DNA of 63,016 nucleotides, counting the filler, from Phoronis australis (lineage: Eukaryota; Animalia; Phoronida), in NCBI GenBank assembly GCA_002633005.1. It is 10 parts of 10 records of this genome, joined end to end, with 100 filler letters (N's around TTAATTAATTAA, not from the genome) between each part and the next. Parts side by side here need not be neighbours in the genome. Positions count along the whole stretch, not along the records: positions 1 to 4,628 come from NMRA01002532.1; positions 4,729 to 34,012 come from NMRA01000936.1; 8 more parts are not named here. The stretch is one strand, 5' to 3'. The translations under genes and the position numbers were made by a program. Below the pieces are notes generated by a model. The model was given only the letters and a program-made list of their open reading frames with translations, searched no databases and was not told the DNA's origin. Shown here in pieces: positions 1 through 11,100 of the stretch. The first letter of the stretch is position 1. The number at the start of each line of letters is the position of its first letter.

Positions 1-99
1 GTACGGTACATGTCAGTATAGTGAGGCAGATGTCATTCCATGTAACTCAGACGAGGAGGAGGCTAAGGAGAGAGAGCTACTGAGAGGGGCGGTCCTAGG
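1..99 (+). CDS. RNF220: RING finger protein 220, internal exon (5' part outside window)
   Basis: Frame 2 reads YGTCQYSEADVIPCNSDEEEAKERELLRGAVL(G), matching the recalled vertebrate RNF220 segment YG.PQYTEADVIPC...EAKEREALRGAVL; GTGAGT donor at 100 (phase 2). Confidence 0.92.
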
Positions 100-146
100 G
101 TGAGTGGGCGGTACTTTGGTGAGTGGGCGGTACTTTGGTGAGTGGG
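99..146 (+). repeat. 19-bp tandem repeat overlapping the RNF220 5' splice site
   Basis: GGTGAGTGGGCGGTACTTT x2.5; GTGAGT at 100, 119 and 138. Confidence 0.9.
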
Positions 147-717
147 AAGTGCTGGAGTGGGTGGGCAGTGTTTTGAAAACAAAGATTCACATAATTGATG
201 AAAATATGCAAGTCCTGTATGTTTTTGTGTGAGAATTTTTCTCTCAAGTTTTCATGTGTAATTCTGGAAGATGGGACAACATTGTTGATTGGAAGAACAT
301 GCAAGTGTTTTCATGATGTTTTACAACTTGCTGATTGCAAATTTGTTCAACTTTTTAAAAATTCTTCAACCCAGGTAATACTAATGTAACAGTGATATTT
401 AATTTTGTCAAATTTTTTAACAAAAGTAAAAATTACGAACACTTCCTTCATTTCTGGTATAGTTTGTAGTCCTGCTGAAAAAAAGTTTTTCGGTCACTGG
501 TGGAGGTATGGTAAAGTAATTCACATGCTCAGAGACTGCGTGCTTACTGTTTTTGCCGTTTCAAATTGCACTCTACTGGTCTTTGTCAACGAACACCTGT
601 CTTTTGTAGACAGGAGTGTAGCCTGAAACAGCCAGCACGCAGCATCTGAATAAGTGACTTACTTCATCTTACGATGTAGCTGGCTGTTTTAACCGGTGGT
701 GTTTGCTGTATTTGTAG

Positions 718-831
718 TAGTAGTCCATCGCCTGCCCAGCGACCAGAACCATTAGAGTGTACCAAATGGACTAATAGTGGCCCAGATGAGCACAGTGAGG
801 CTGTCAGTAGTTCAGACACGGCACCAGCCAG
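718..831 (+). CDS. RNF220: RNF220 internal exon
   Basis: tttgTAG acceptor (tandem TAG TAG TAG); reads SSPSPAQRPEPLECTKWTNSGPDEHSEAVSSSDTAPA; AG|GTATGT donor; phase 2/2, compatible with neighbouring exons. Confidence 0.8.
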
Positions 832-875
832 GTATGTTTGTTTAGTGTAGCAACTGTAGTGACGGGGGAGAAACA

Positions 876-1023
876 GTTGACAGTCCAGGGCCTTGACTGG
901 TCAACAACCCAGGGACTTGACTGGTTGACAGTTTAGGACCTTGACTGGTAGACAGTCCAGGCCTTGACTGTTTGACAGTCGAGAGTCTGGATCGGTCGAC
1001 AGTCTAGGGCCTGGCCTGGTCGA
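876..1023. repeat. intronic minisatellite, ~24-bp unit, ~6 diverged copies
   Basis: Repeated GTTGACAGTCCAGGGCCTTGACTG-like units. Confidence 0.8.
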
Positions 1024-1274
1024 AACCATTGAAAAATATTGCTCCCATGATTTTGCCATTTCGAAATAGGCTTAATGTCCTGTAGTGTTTGTTGTTGATG
1101 TTAATTGGAATTGTGTTGGCGGAAGTGAATGCTTCATTTTTGTAGCTGATGTTTTAAAGCAGTCAACTGAAAATTAGCTGTCATAGTAGTTAAATGAATG
1201 ATATATTTAGCAGCAGGAGTAAAATGTGGCTATGGAGGTTAATTTGAAGGTTTATTTGTTGTCTTCTGTTTTAG

Positions 1275-1389
1275 GATTAGGGACACCTGTAGTTCAACGA
1301 CAGAAATCATTGAATCATTGCGAAGTAAATTGAAATATCAAGCAATAGAATGTGAAAAGGCAAACAAATTTAAATGTTTAATATGCATG
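1275..1389 (+). CDS. RNF220: RNF220 exon: coiled coil and start of RING (KFKCLICM)
   Basis: ttttAG acceptor; IRDTCSSTTEIIESLRSKLKYQAIECEKANKFKCLICM; ATG|GTAAGT donor. Confidence 0.92.
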
Positions 1390-1939
1390 GTAAGTAAATG
1401 ATGACATTGTCTGAGTGTTCATTCGTTGCTGGTCAGTAATTGGAACAGAAATTTTCAAAATGCTCGTAACTGGAGACCAGACTTAATAAAAGTAAGTGCA
1501 TTCAGATACGGAGATTTGAGTCTGATCACGCCCTTAAAACATGCGTTCACAAAACCGTCCTGTCTGCCATCTTACAATTTATTAGCATAACATTAATGTG
1601 TATGTTACTATTCTGGCCAATCGTGTGCAGTCACAATGAGCGAACAGAGGCTATTCACAAATCCGATCATTGGAATGCAGGCTTCTAAGGGGGTTTGTTG
1701 CAGATCTGCCTTCCGATTGGATGGCATGTGTGCGCATTAGCTTTTTTACCCAACGGGTCATTTCATGTTACTAGCGCGGTCTCGTGTAATGCGTTTTTGT
1801 TTGTACACCCCAGCCCTCTAAGGTTTACATGCACACGTATGAGGATTTAAGAACAAATATTGTCTTCTGTATGTAAGAACTGAGGCTTACTCACAGAAAT
1901 ACCTGACTATGTTAAACATTAGTTGTGTCTTTGTTGCAG

Positions 1940-2014
1940 GAGACGTACAGCACCCCACTGGTTTCTATTCAATGTTGGCACGTGCACTGTGAAGAGTGCT
2001 GGTTGCGAACTCTG
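1940..2014 (+). CDS. RNF220: RNF220 RING exon
   Basis: ttgCAG acceptor; ETYSTPLVSIQCWHVHCEECWLRTL, the characteristic RNF220 RING; GTATGG donor. Confidence 0.96.
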
Positions 2015-2665
2015 GTATGGTGTTGATACAACTGCAATATTTTGTTACATGTCTGTAAAAATGCTGAAGTTGGGATACATGGATTGTTACAGTTATAATA
2101 CTGTGAACTCTACGTTGTAGTTTGCAAAAAGAACCTACAAATTACTAGAGCTGTTATTTTCTTTCTGTGTGATAATCACTTTACACCTTCAAGCTTGAAT
2201 GCAGAAAATATGTTGTAGAACTCGAAATCTTACACAGCTGAATGTTCATTTAGAAATAAACAGTTTTAAAACAAATTTTCAATTCCATTTCTTCATTTTG
2301 CTCTGTCTAAGTTGTTCCCATCATGTGATAATGGGCTTTGTTAACGACGGGCAGATACGATTTGGCTTTGGTTAAAGGATGGCCAAAACATACACCATGT
2401 CTCACACTTTGTGTCATGTGACACTGCTCTAGAAAGACAATTCAAGCAGTAGTATCCTTAGAGTATATTTCCCCTTCTTCCTGTTGGATCAAGTGCAAAT
2501 AGTACTGCCAATCAAACTGATGGCAATTGACGATTTGCTTTATCAAGCCCCACCATACTTTGGGTCCTTCACATATGGCCTCGGGGATGTAGTTGAAGTA
2601 AGCAAATTTTTCTGTTTTTTGTTCCCAATGTTGTGAGCTAATGCGTTACGATTCGTTATTTGCAG

Positions 2666-2737
2666 GGTGCCAAGAAACTTTGTCCACAGTGCAATATGAT
2701 CACGTCCCCTGGTGATCTGAGGAAGATCTATTTATGA
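2666..2737 (+). CDS. RNF220: RNF220 terminal coding exon
   Basis: tttgCAG acceptor; GAKKLCPQCNMITSPGDLRKIYL-stop, near-identical to the recalled RNF220 C-terminus. Confidence 0.96.
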   Translation, partial: GAKKLCPQCNMITSPGDLRKIYL

Positions 2738-3538
2738 CAATAACTGCGAAAGAATGGAGGGTTATCGAACTTTACCTGAAAGAAAAACATTAATTGATTA
2801 GCGCAGTGTTCAGAACAGGAGAGCTGTTGTGAGGGGTTTGGTCCAGTAAAGGGAGTCTGAACAGAATGTGCTTGTTCTTAGGATATACATGAAGTGAAAA
2901 GACTGAATCGTGCAAATGCTGTACCTGCACCGTTAGTGAAATGTTTGCTTGTTCATAAGATTCCATTGAATGGTCCTCTATAATTTGTAGGCTATGAGAT
3001 TATATGTTAACGTTGTCTGTAGTGAAGTGCGGTGCATTTCGTAGAATGTACTAGTAGGCAAGGTGCTCAAAAGTTTGTACCATTCCAATACAGCATTGAT
3101 TGGTCACATTTAAAAATTGCATGGCTTTTGCAAGGGCTCGGTCACACCAAGGTAGTTCCGAGTAGTCTTTAAAATGTGGAAAAGCAAGTGAGAATTGATT
3201 GACTAAGCATTGCGCAATGAACGAGAACCATAGGTGTCAACGTCACACTTTTAGTGGGACTGTTCCACTTTCTGAATCTTCATCGCAAAACATCATATTT
3301 TGACTACACTGCTACGAGTTTACACAGAGATCTCTTTCATCCTAGATCCAGGTATCCTACTTTTTCATTTTAGAATTGGCAACTATGGAGTTTTTTGGCC
3401 AATTTCGTCAAAATATGAAGTCGGCTAAGAAATGTTGAGAACTAGGTGGGTATGATAAAAGAAAAAAATGAATGGTGCATTGTTAACTTTTAAATTTACT
3501 TGCCTTGTTAAGTGATCAAGACTTACTTGAATTGCTAA

Positions 3539-3544
3539 AATAAA
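3539..3544 (+). promoter_or_regulatory. candidate RNF220 polyadenylation signal
   Basis: AATAAA ~800 nt after the stop, followed by a GT/T-rich tract (ttttgctggttgttttt). Confidence 0.5.
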
Positions 3545-4006
3545 AAATATAATGAAATTATTTTGCTGGTTGTTTTATGATACAAATACCTAGTACGCAG
3601 AGCGCAGCACTGTAGACAAGTTAACAAAATGAAGATTGCGCACACCTAGTTACAACATTAAAACTGCATCAGCAATAAGAAATATCATGGTGTGAAAACC
3701 ATTCTTATCTGGCCACTCGTATTGAACTCTCTACTGCCACTATGTATTATTCGGATGGTGCACATGTACTGCCTGGGTCCAATTCTTTGTTTGACCTCGG
3801 GGGAAGGGGTTGCAAGCCAGTAGTGTGTGTTATCTTAGACACAATTATCTCAGTTCGGCTCTTATTGTGTCAGCCAAAAATACTACCATCCGGATTATGA
3901 CATCACAATTATTTTTAAATAATTGTAAAATATAATCCACTCTGAGTGTAAACCTCCAGCAAAGGCCTCACTAGTAGAAAAGGTAAGGCCTGAAATGTTC
4001 ACTCAC

Positions 4007-4185
4007 TTTCTACACATGAGCAAGTTGACATACAGCTTGCAATCACATCGACTTAAGAAAATGTTTGTTGAATACTTTGCATCAAAAACTATTGTCATTT
4101 GTCGGCATATCTTGCCCAAAATGTAATAGATGATCGATTGGTCTACAGCCATTGCCAGATTTTTTTCAAAATCTTCACGTGGAAA
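4007..4185 (-). other. candidate exon of unknown gene, convergent with RNF220
   Basis: ttttttaCAG acceptor and GTGAGT donor on - strand; one open frame (FPREDFEKNLAMAVDQSIIYY...LLMCR); no recognisable homology. Confidence 0.4.
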
Positions 4186-4477
4186 CTGTAAAAAAATGGT
4201 AGTTGAGTGAACAAACAAGGGAGCAACATAACATTGAAAGCCGAAACATTATTTTAATAGCCTACTTCCTTGAATGAAACAATTGGTATTTCACTCTCTT
4301 TCCTGCCTATCTTAGATACTGCAGATTATCAAGACTAAATCCATCATTGAAAGTTGAAGTTTTTATTTTTGAACAACAAAATTCGAGTAAGCACAACAAA
4401 AGAAAAGAGAAACAATTCAAATTGCAACTGTCGTTACTTTATCGGTACATGTCACAACCGCTATTATGTAACCTGCC

Positions 4478-4628
4478 TCAGCAACACAAGGAAGTGACTT
4501 GACTTGTGTACACCCTCCCCCCCAGCTGAGCAACACAAGGGGGTGCCTTGACTTGTGTTCACCACCACTTATCAGACACAACAGAGCAATTTGACTTGTG
4601 TACACCACTACTGAGCAACACAAGGGGG
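4478..4628. repeat. minisatellite running into assembly gap
   Basis: Recurrent GACTTGTGTACACC / GCAACACAAGG units. Confidence 0.65.
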
Positions 4629-4728
4629 NNNNNNNNNNNNNNNNNNNNNNNNNNNNNNNNNNNNNNNNNNNNTTAATTAATTAANNNNNNNNNNNNNNNN
4701 NNNNNNNNNNNNNNNNNNNNNNNNNNNN
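4629..4728. other. assembly gap with TTAATTAATTAA linker (also 34013-34112, 37667-37766, 40663-40762, 43901-44000, 49061-49160, 52279-52378, 55102-55201, 59622-59721)
   Basis: Identical 100-bp N44-TTAATTAATTAA-N44 blocks. Confidence 0.97.
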
Positions 4729-5970
4729 GTGTCATAAAACCTATGGATAGTGCTTGCAGTTGCTGGAATGTATCACGGAAAAGGCAGATCTCCAACAGCG
4801 GATCACTAGTAGAAATATACAACAAGTTAAAAACTGTTTTCTTCAATGCTTAGTCCATATTTTATTTTTGTCGACAATCTGAGGTAAATTTTCGTGGTGA
4901 AAACCTAAGACCTATAGAGTGTATGACGTCATCCGAACAACCGGTATACTTTGCAGGATCGTTTGGAACACTCGTCACTAACCACGAGATCGTTTGACAA
5001 GACTTGGTCCCGCAACAGCCATTGACCCTCTTAGTACACTGATCAAATGGGTACGGGTAACCTTAGGCATTGAGGAGAAAGAGATAATGGTTTGTACATT
5101 GTATAGTTGTTGGCTACATTCTTTAATCCTGGGAAGTTGTTGCATTTTTGAAAAGAAAACACTAAATTGAAAAAGTAAGCTATCACTATGCTATATCAGA
5201 TAGACATCTTGAGACCAAACATAGGACCCATCTATCATCATAAGATAAAGATACGGTGGAAATGAGGAAAAGCTATGTGAGGGAATCAGTGCTTGAAAAC
5301 GCCACAGCTCCGTCATTTTAGCCTAGCTTGCGATCTTTCTTCAAATATCACAGAGACGCTTGCAAGCTAGTTTTTAACGACTTTTCTTGTCATTTCAGCT
5401 ACAGCAGTTTCCTCATTTTTGGCTTTCATTGGCTGTAGATAGTTTATGATTACTGATTGACAAACATCACCGCCGTGGCCATTCCCTCCGTCGTTCAACA
5501 CCAAAGCAGTCAATCGCATCACTGAAACTGCTTTCAGAAGAGAAAAACTCACCATTTGCTGATATCAGGTGGATTTTTTTTCAAAATTGAACAACTAAAA
5601 ATATCACATCCATTTTCAAAAAGTATAAATGGCAGAACCAGCTATACGTTTTAAGCCTATAACTTTAGTTCAAGTCGATGTTGTTACTTCATCACAAGTG
5701 TCATGTGATGTTATCTCGCTTTTTATTATAGAAATCCCAAACGAAATGCCAACATGAACTGGAAAAAGTACCATCATTACAGAATCCCACAACCAGTTCA
5801 CCAGGCAAGCGATGTCACGATATCTGAAGAGATGCAGGTATATCTATTTGTAGTCTTGACAACGTGATGATGTTGATATGCAAATTTTTAGTGCTGCGGT
5901 GTATGAATGTATTGCCATCGTTGCCACAAATGGTTTAAATACTCTTAATTTACTTACACATTTTGTAATC

Positions 5971-6411
5971 AAATCCCAGAAAACTTTGATGCACTTATTT
6001 GTATACTGTAAATACACCAGAACCTTCTGGGACGATGTTTTCGAATTTTACTTTAGTGATAGCGATGAAACATTAATGAACGCTAATATTCTTTTTGGAA
6101 TTAACAACACATAATTCATCTACAAATTTATTTTTGGTTCTAGCGAAATATCACGTATACTGTCCATGATGGGGCGTTACCATCTGTTAATGCTTTTGCG
6201 AATATTTGAAAAGAGTATTATCTCACAGAGAAATATGTTTTAGAAAATAGACAGTTAGATAGATTTAGAAATAGATGGTTACAATTTGCTCACATTATTG
6301 AAGATTAAGCGACCATTGAGTGAGTGCGTGCGTGTGTGTACGTATGTGTTCATTGTTACATACATTGTAATATTGCATTTTGATGATCAATGTATTTAAA
6401 AAATACCAGAA
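5971..6411 (+). mobile_element. 5'-truncated L1/Tx1-clade LINE 3' end
   Basis: ETLMHLFVYCKYTRTFW...ILFG...NLFLVLAKYHVY...EKY..., the C-terminal region of L1/Tx1 ORF2, frameshifted; GT-rich 3' UTR and A-rich tail; possible TSD AAAT(C/A)CCAGAA at 5971 and 6401. Confidence 0.75.
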
Positions 6412-8149
6412 GAGGGAGCCACTTCAAAAGCAGCTTTTACAATGAACATTAATTTGCTTGTTGTGGTTGAAAGGGATACCAGCGACCTCGCTTAACTCGT
6501 ACCCCTTAGCACCGCGAAAATGCGACGACTTATAAGAGTGACGACTCATATTTCAGTCTTCGTTTTGACGACGTAAGTGTGATATACTTGTACTTACTGA
6601 TATTGCGATGATGGCCGGATATATCAATTTCTACATCATCGATTTCTTATGATTAGCATGTGTAGTTTGATAAATTCAGGTCGTTTTCGTCATCATTGTA
6701 AATGGCAGGTTAACTAATAAACATTCTTTAGAGACTGGGTTAGATCTATCGAGTTTAATCTTTGATATTTTATTTTTATAGGAGAGAAGTCTGACTTCGA
6801 TTGACAGTTCTTTGCAACATCTCTTGTTGCCAGCGCTACTTTGCATGAGCTCAAACTCTCACGATCATATTTGTTGAAAATAAGCATGACAACGCAAGTC
6901 AGTTGGTGACAACTTACCTGAAAGTGTTTGCATATTGATGTCGGATATATTCGCTTTTGAGACACGAGTTAAGCAAACACGACCACTTAAACACGGGTAC
7001 TTAACCGTGAACATTTGTACGTTAATAAATGAGGGTGATAAGCGTGTAAAAGGAACCAAGAACATGCGATGACTTCTACAGACGGACGAATTGTGCGATG
7101 AAGAGTTAAGCGAGGTGGCTTGTATTCATGATTATCTGCAGTTTGACTGAATTTAGGATTTTCAGCGTTTTAGAATTACCTGTATTGATGAACGGAGTGT
7201 TTACTTTTGAAGCCATTATATGAGTGAGACGTACTTCGTTGGTCAGCGATAGAGCATGTTAATTTGGAAATAGCTTTTTACTTAAATAAATTTAAATCAA
7301 AATTGAATTATATTGTAAAACTTCAGATCGAATTATACCGGTATTGTTTCTTAAACACCAAACTTAGCTTATGAGAACGACAATAAACTCGAGTTTCGCT
7401 GAGGAAGCTAACTTTTGATTTCGATCAATAGAACCACTGTAAAATTGGTCTCAACTTGTTTCTGACTGATATGATAAGTGGTCTTTGGTCTTTCAAAGAA
7501 CTGACAGTTCGTCATTATCGGTTCCGTGGTCGGGAATAAAAATTATACTTATTGACAAATCGAACAGTAGAATTAAATCTCAAGCAATATGGAGTTGTCA
7601 GTTCTTTCGCAAGCCCCAACACCACACCTACTTTAATTAATTTGAGACCAATTTCATTAAGCAATGTGGCTTTATAACCGTTTGAAAATGTAGCAGAAAA
7701 ATACAGGGTATTGTGTTCCGATCGTCGTGCCGATTTGATTGATAACAATGTTTTTTCTTTCCAGGGGAATAAATTGTGTCCTCAAACTGACGCGTTTAAT
7801 CGAACATCAAGTGCTTTGTATGCGCTGATTTTTTGCCCGATATTTCACGAATCTTCCGTATCTTTTTGATCTTTTTCATTTGTTGAACTCAACGTGGGGT
7901 TTGGTTTTTGAACCGTGGGAATTCATATCGCTAATTACTCACTCATTTGTATATTGTGTCCTCATTTTGTTGCGGGGACTTCTAAGCACTTCATGAAGAC
8001 TATGACTAGTATTATTTGGCAAAGAACTATTAGTATTTGCAATTTCTGATGACCAACGCGCTGTTGTGATACAGAAACACATTGTCAAAAAGGTTAGTCA
8101 TGTTGGAAAATGAATTAACAAATCACTAGCACATGCCTTGTCAACTGAC

Positions 8150-11100
8150 TTCACCCTCAACCCCATCTCCTTCACAATTTTCCTGTTTCGTAATAATTCA
8201 CTCAAGCCACAGGTCATGTTAGTTTATAAACAAGACAAAGCGTGTGCTGCACCGAAAAATATTGCCTCTCCACAACTTCGAACTGAACGCACATACATTG
8301 AGCTCTATATCTGGATATTTTGGAGACAATTATTTCCATGTTTTGTCCTTCTGTAATTGTGCAATTGATAAGAACGTCCCTCACGTGGTCTCTCCCTGCA
8401 ACACCTCGTAAAGCACTGCCGCGATAAAATAAATTGTTTCAAGGTACTCTGCTGGCAGCGTCCAGTGAACGGAGTGGCGACCCTACCTAGAGGAGCTAAC
8501 ACAATTCTCTCCACCTTCACCAAACCCACCACCTCCACATCACCACCATCATGTCCCCATCCCGTAACACCATCCTACCCCCCCCGGAACCACTCCACTA
8601 CCACCAATACCTCACCACAACCACTTTCGACATAGTCCTAGTTCATTGTGCTCCCCCTTGCTTATCCGAGTTGACAGATATCCTAGCTCAGTTATCCCTA
8701 TCTGTTGAAGATATTTTCAAAAGTAAAATGAAAGCCATCCTGTTTAAGGTAATATCTCGATTGCTTGTTCAAACAGTACAATGTAAATCTAAAATTTAAA
8801 TATTTCAATGTTTGGCTTTCTGTATTTTCTGTTTTCCACGTCTTTTTTGGAGTAAGTGCAGATCAATAGAAAATTGACATTCAATAGTCTAACGTTCTCG
8901 TTTGCTGTTTTAACTAGACCGTTGCATTTGCACCGCTTTGCTAAGTACGTCAATGACTTGGTCTCTCCTTCCAACGCCAACGCTTAGTATAGACCTATCC
9001 TTACCACCAATTCTATTTTCAGGCACTCCACTGGCAGCCACCAGTGAAAGGGAGTAGCGACCCTTCCTAGAGGAGCTGACACCGTTCCCTTAAAATTACG
9101 TGAAACACGTCCACCTCTGTCATATCTACCACGCCACCATCATGTCCTCACCCGTAGCACCACCACCTCTATTCCCACCACTGCCACCCCACCAATTCCT
9201 GAACTAAGTTGTGAGAGTGAGTTGATTCAGCTAAAGCCGGAACACAACTAATGCCTAAAACACCACCAATGCCCAGAGTACCACCATTGGCTTCACCACA
9301 ATTTCCACCTCGAATCTCCTCACTAGCCCCCATCACCCACAACCACATAATCAGGCCATCCCACCACCATCGAGGCGTTTTTGTGAAAGAGGAACAACTT
9401 GGTAAGCACCCAAAACACCACCATCTCCATATTAACATTTTCCATGATCACCACAACTACAATCATCATTGTCACTCAAACCACACTATTTTTATATTCA
9501 CATGTCTTCTTTCCTTAACCCTACCACTACCCCTACCAGAACCACTCCACTACCACCAACATCTCACCACAACCACCTTTGACACAATCCAGGTCCTAGT
9601 TGATTGTGCTCCCCCTTGCTTATCCATGTAGACAGATATCCTACCTCAGTTATCCCTATCTGTTGAAGATATTTTCCAAAGTAAAATGAAAGCCATCCTG
9701 TTTAAGGTAATATCTCGATTGCTTGTTGAAACAGTAAATCTAAAATTCAAATGTTTCAATGTTTGGATTTCTGTATTTTATGTTTTCCACATCTTTTTTC
9801 GAGTAAGTGCAGATCAATAGAAAATTGACATTCAATAGTCTGACGTTCTCGTTTGCTGGTCTAACTAGACCGTTTCATTTGCACCGATTTGCTAAGTACG
9901 TCATTGACCTATCATTACCACCAATTCTATTTTCAGGTACTCCACTGGCAGCCTCCAGTGAAAGGGAGTAGCTACCCTTCCTAGAGGAGCTGACACCAAT
10001 CCCTTAAAATTACATGAAACAGGTCCACCTCCTTGATATCTACCACGTCACGATCATGTCCTCACCCGTAGCACCACCATCTCTATTCCCACCACTGCCA
10101 CCCCACCAATTCCTGAACTAATTTGTGAGAGTGAGATGATTCAGCTAAAGCCAGAACACATCTAATGCCTAAAACACCACCAATGCCCAAAGTACCACCA
10201 ATACCCAAATTGGCTTCACCGCTATTTCCACCACGAATCTCCTCACTACCTCCCCATCACACACAACCACATAATCAGGACCATCCCACCACCATCGAGG
10301 ACTTTTTGTGAAAGAGGAACAACTTGGCAAGCATCCAAAATACCGCGATCGCCATATTCACCTTTTCCATGATCACCATAACTACAATCACCATTGCCAC
10401 TCCAACCACACTATTTTCATATTCACACATCTTCTTCCCTTAACCCTACCACTACCCCTACCAGAACCACTCCACTACCACCAAAACCTCACCAAAACCA
10501 CTTTTGACACAATCAAGTCCACGGCATTTCTCCTTGCTTATCTGATTAGACAGATATCCTAGCTCGGTTCGACCTGTCTGTTGAAGATATCAGTTAATCA
10601 AGAAGCCTTCAAAAGTAAAATGCAAGACAGCCTCGTTTAACGAAATATCTTGACTACTTGTTCAAGGAGTAAAGCTAACTTTAAATATTTCGATATTTGT
10701 ATTTCTGAAATTTTGTTAATCACTAAGCGCTACGCTCACTTGTCTCTTCCTGCGACACTTGATATAGGTCTAAGCGACCATATAAATTGTTTGAAGGTAC
10801 TCTGCTGACAGCCTCCAGTGAACGGAGTGGCGACCCTACCTAGAGGAGCTAACCCCACTCACTCCACCTTCCCCACACCCACAACCTCAACATTACCACC
10901 ATCATATCCCCTTCCCGTAACACTATCCTACCCCCGCTGGAACCAGTCCACTACCACCAAAACCTCACTGCGACCACTTTTGACATGATCCTAGTTCATT
11001 GTGCTTTCCCTTGCTTATCCGTGTAGACAGATATCCTAGCTCAATTATCCCTATCTGTTGAAGATATTTTCAAAAGTAAAATGAAAGCCAGAAAGAATAA

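Noticed and set aside
4629-4728. TTAATTAATTAA motif recurring nine times
   Set aside because: Always centred in identical N runs: artificial all-frame-stop scaffold linker.
8683-8775. tRNA-derived Pol III promoter (TAGCTCAGTT A-box-like, GTTCAAAC B-box-like)
   Set aside because: A box lacks the GG, B box lacks the terminal C, spacing ~85 nt and no cloverleaf.
9020-9085. Hammerhead ribozyme in core A (stem-GAAA-stem-UH ... CUGA)
   Set aside because: Reads CUGACAC (H) or CUAACCC (L) rather than CUGANGA, and stem I would have a 2-nt loop; the catalytic core is incomplete.
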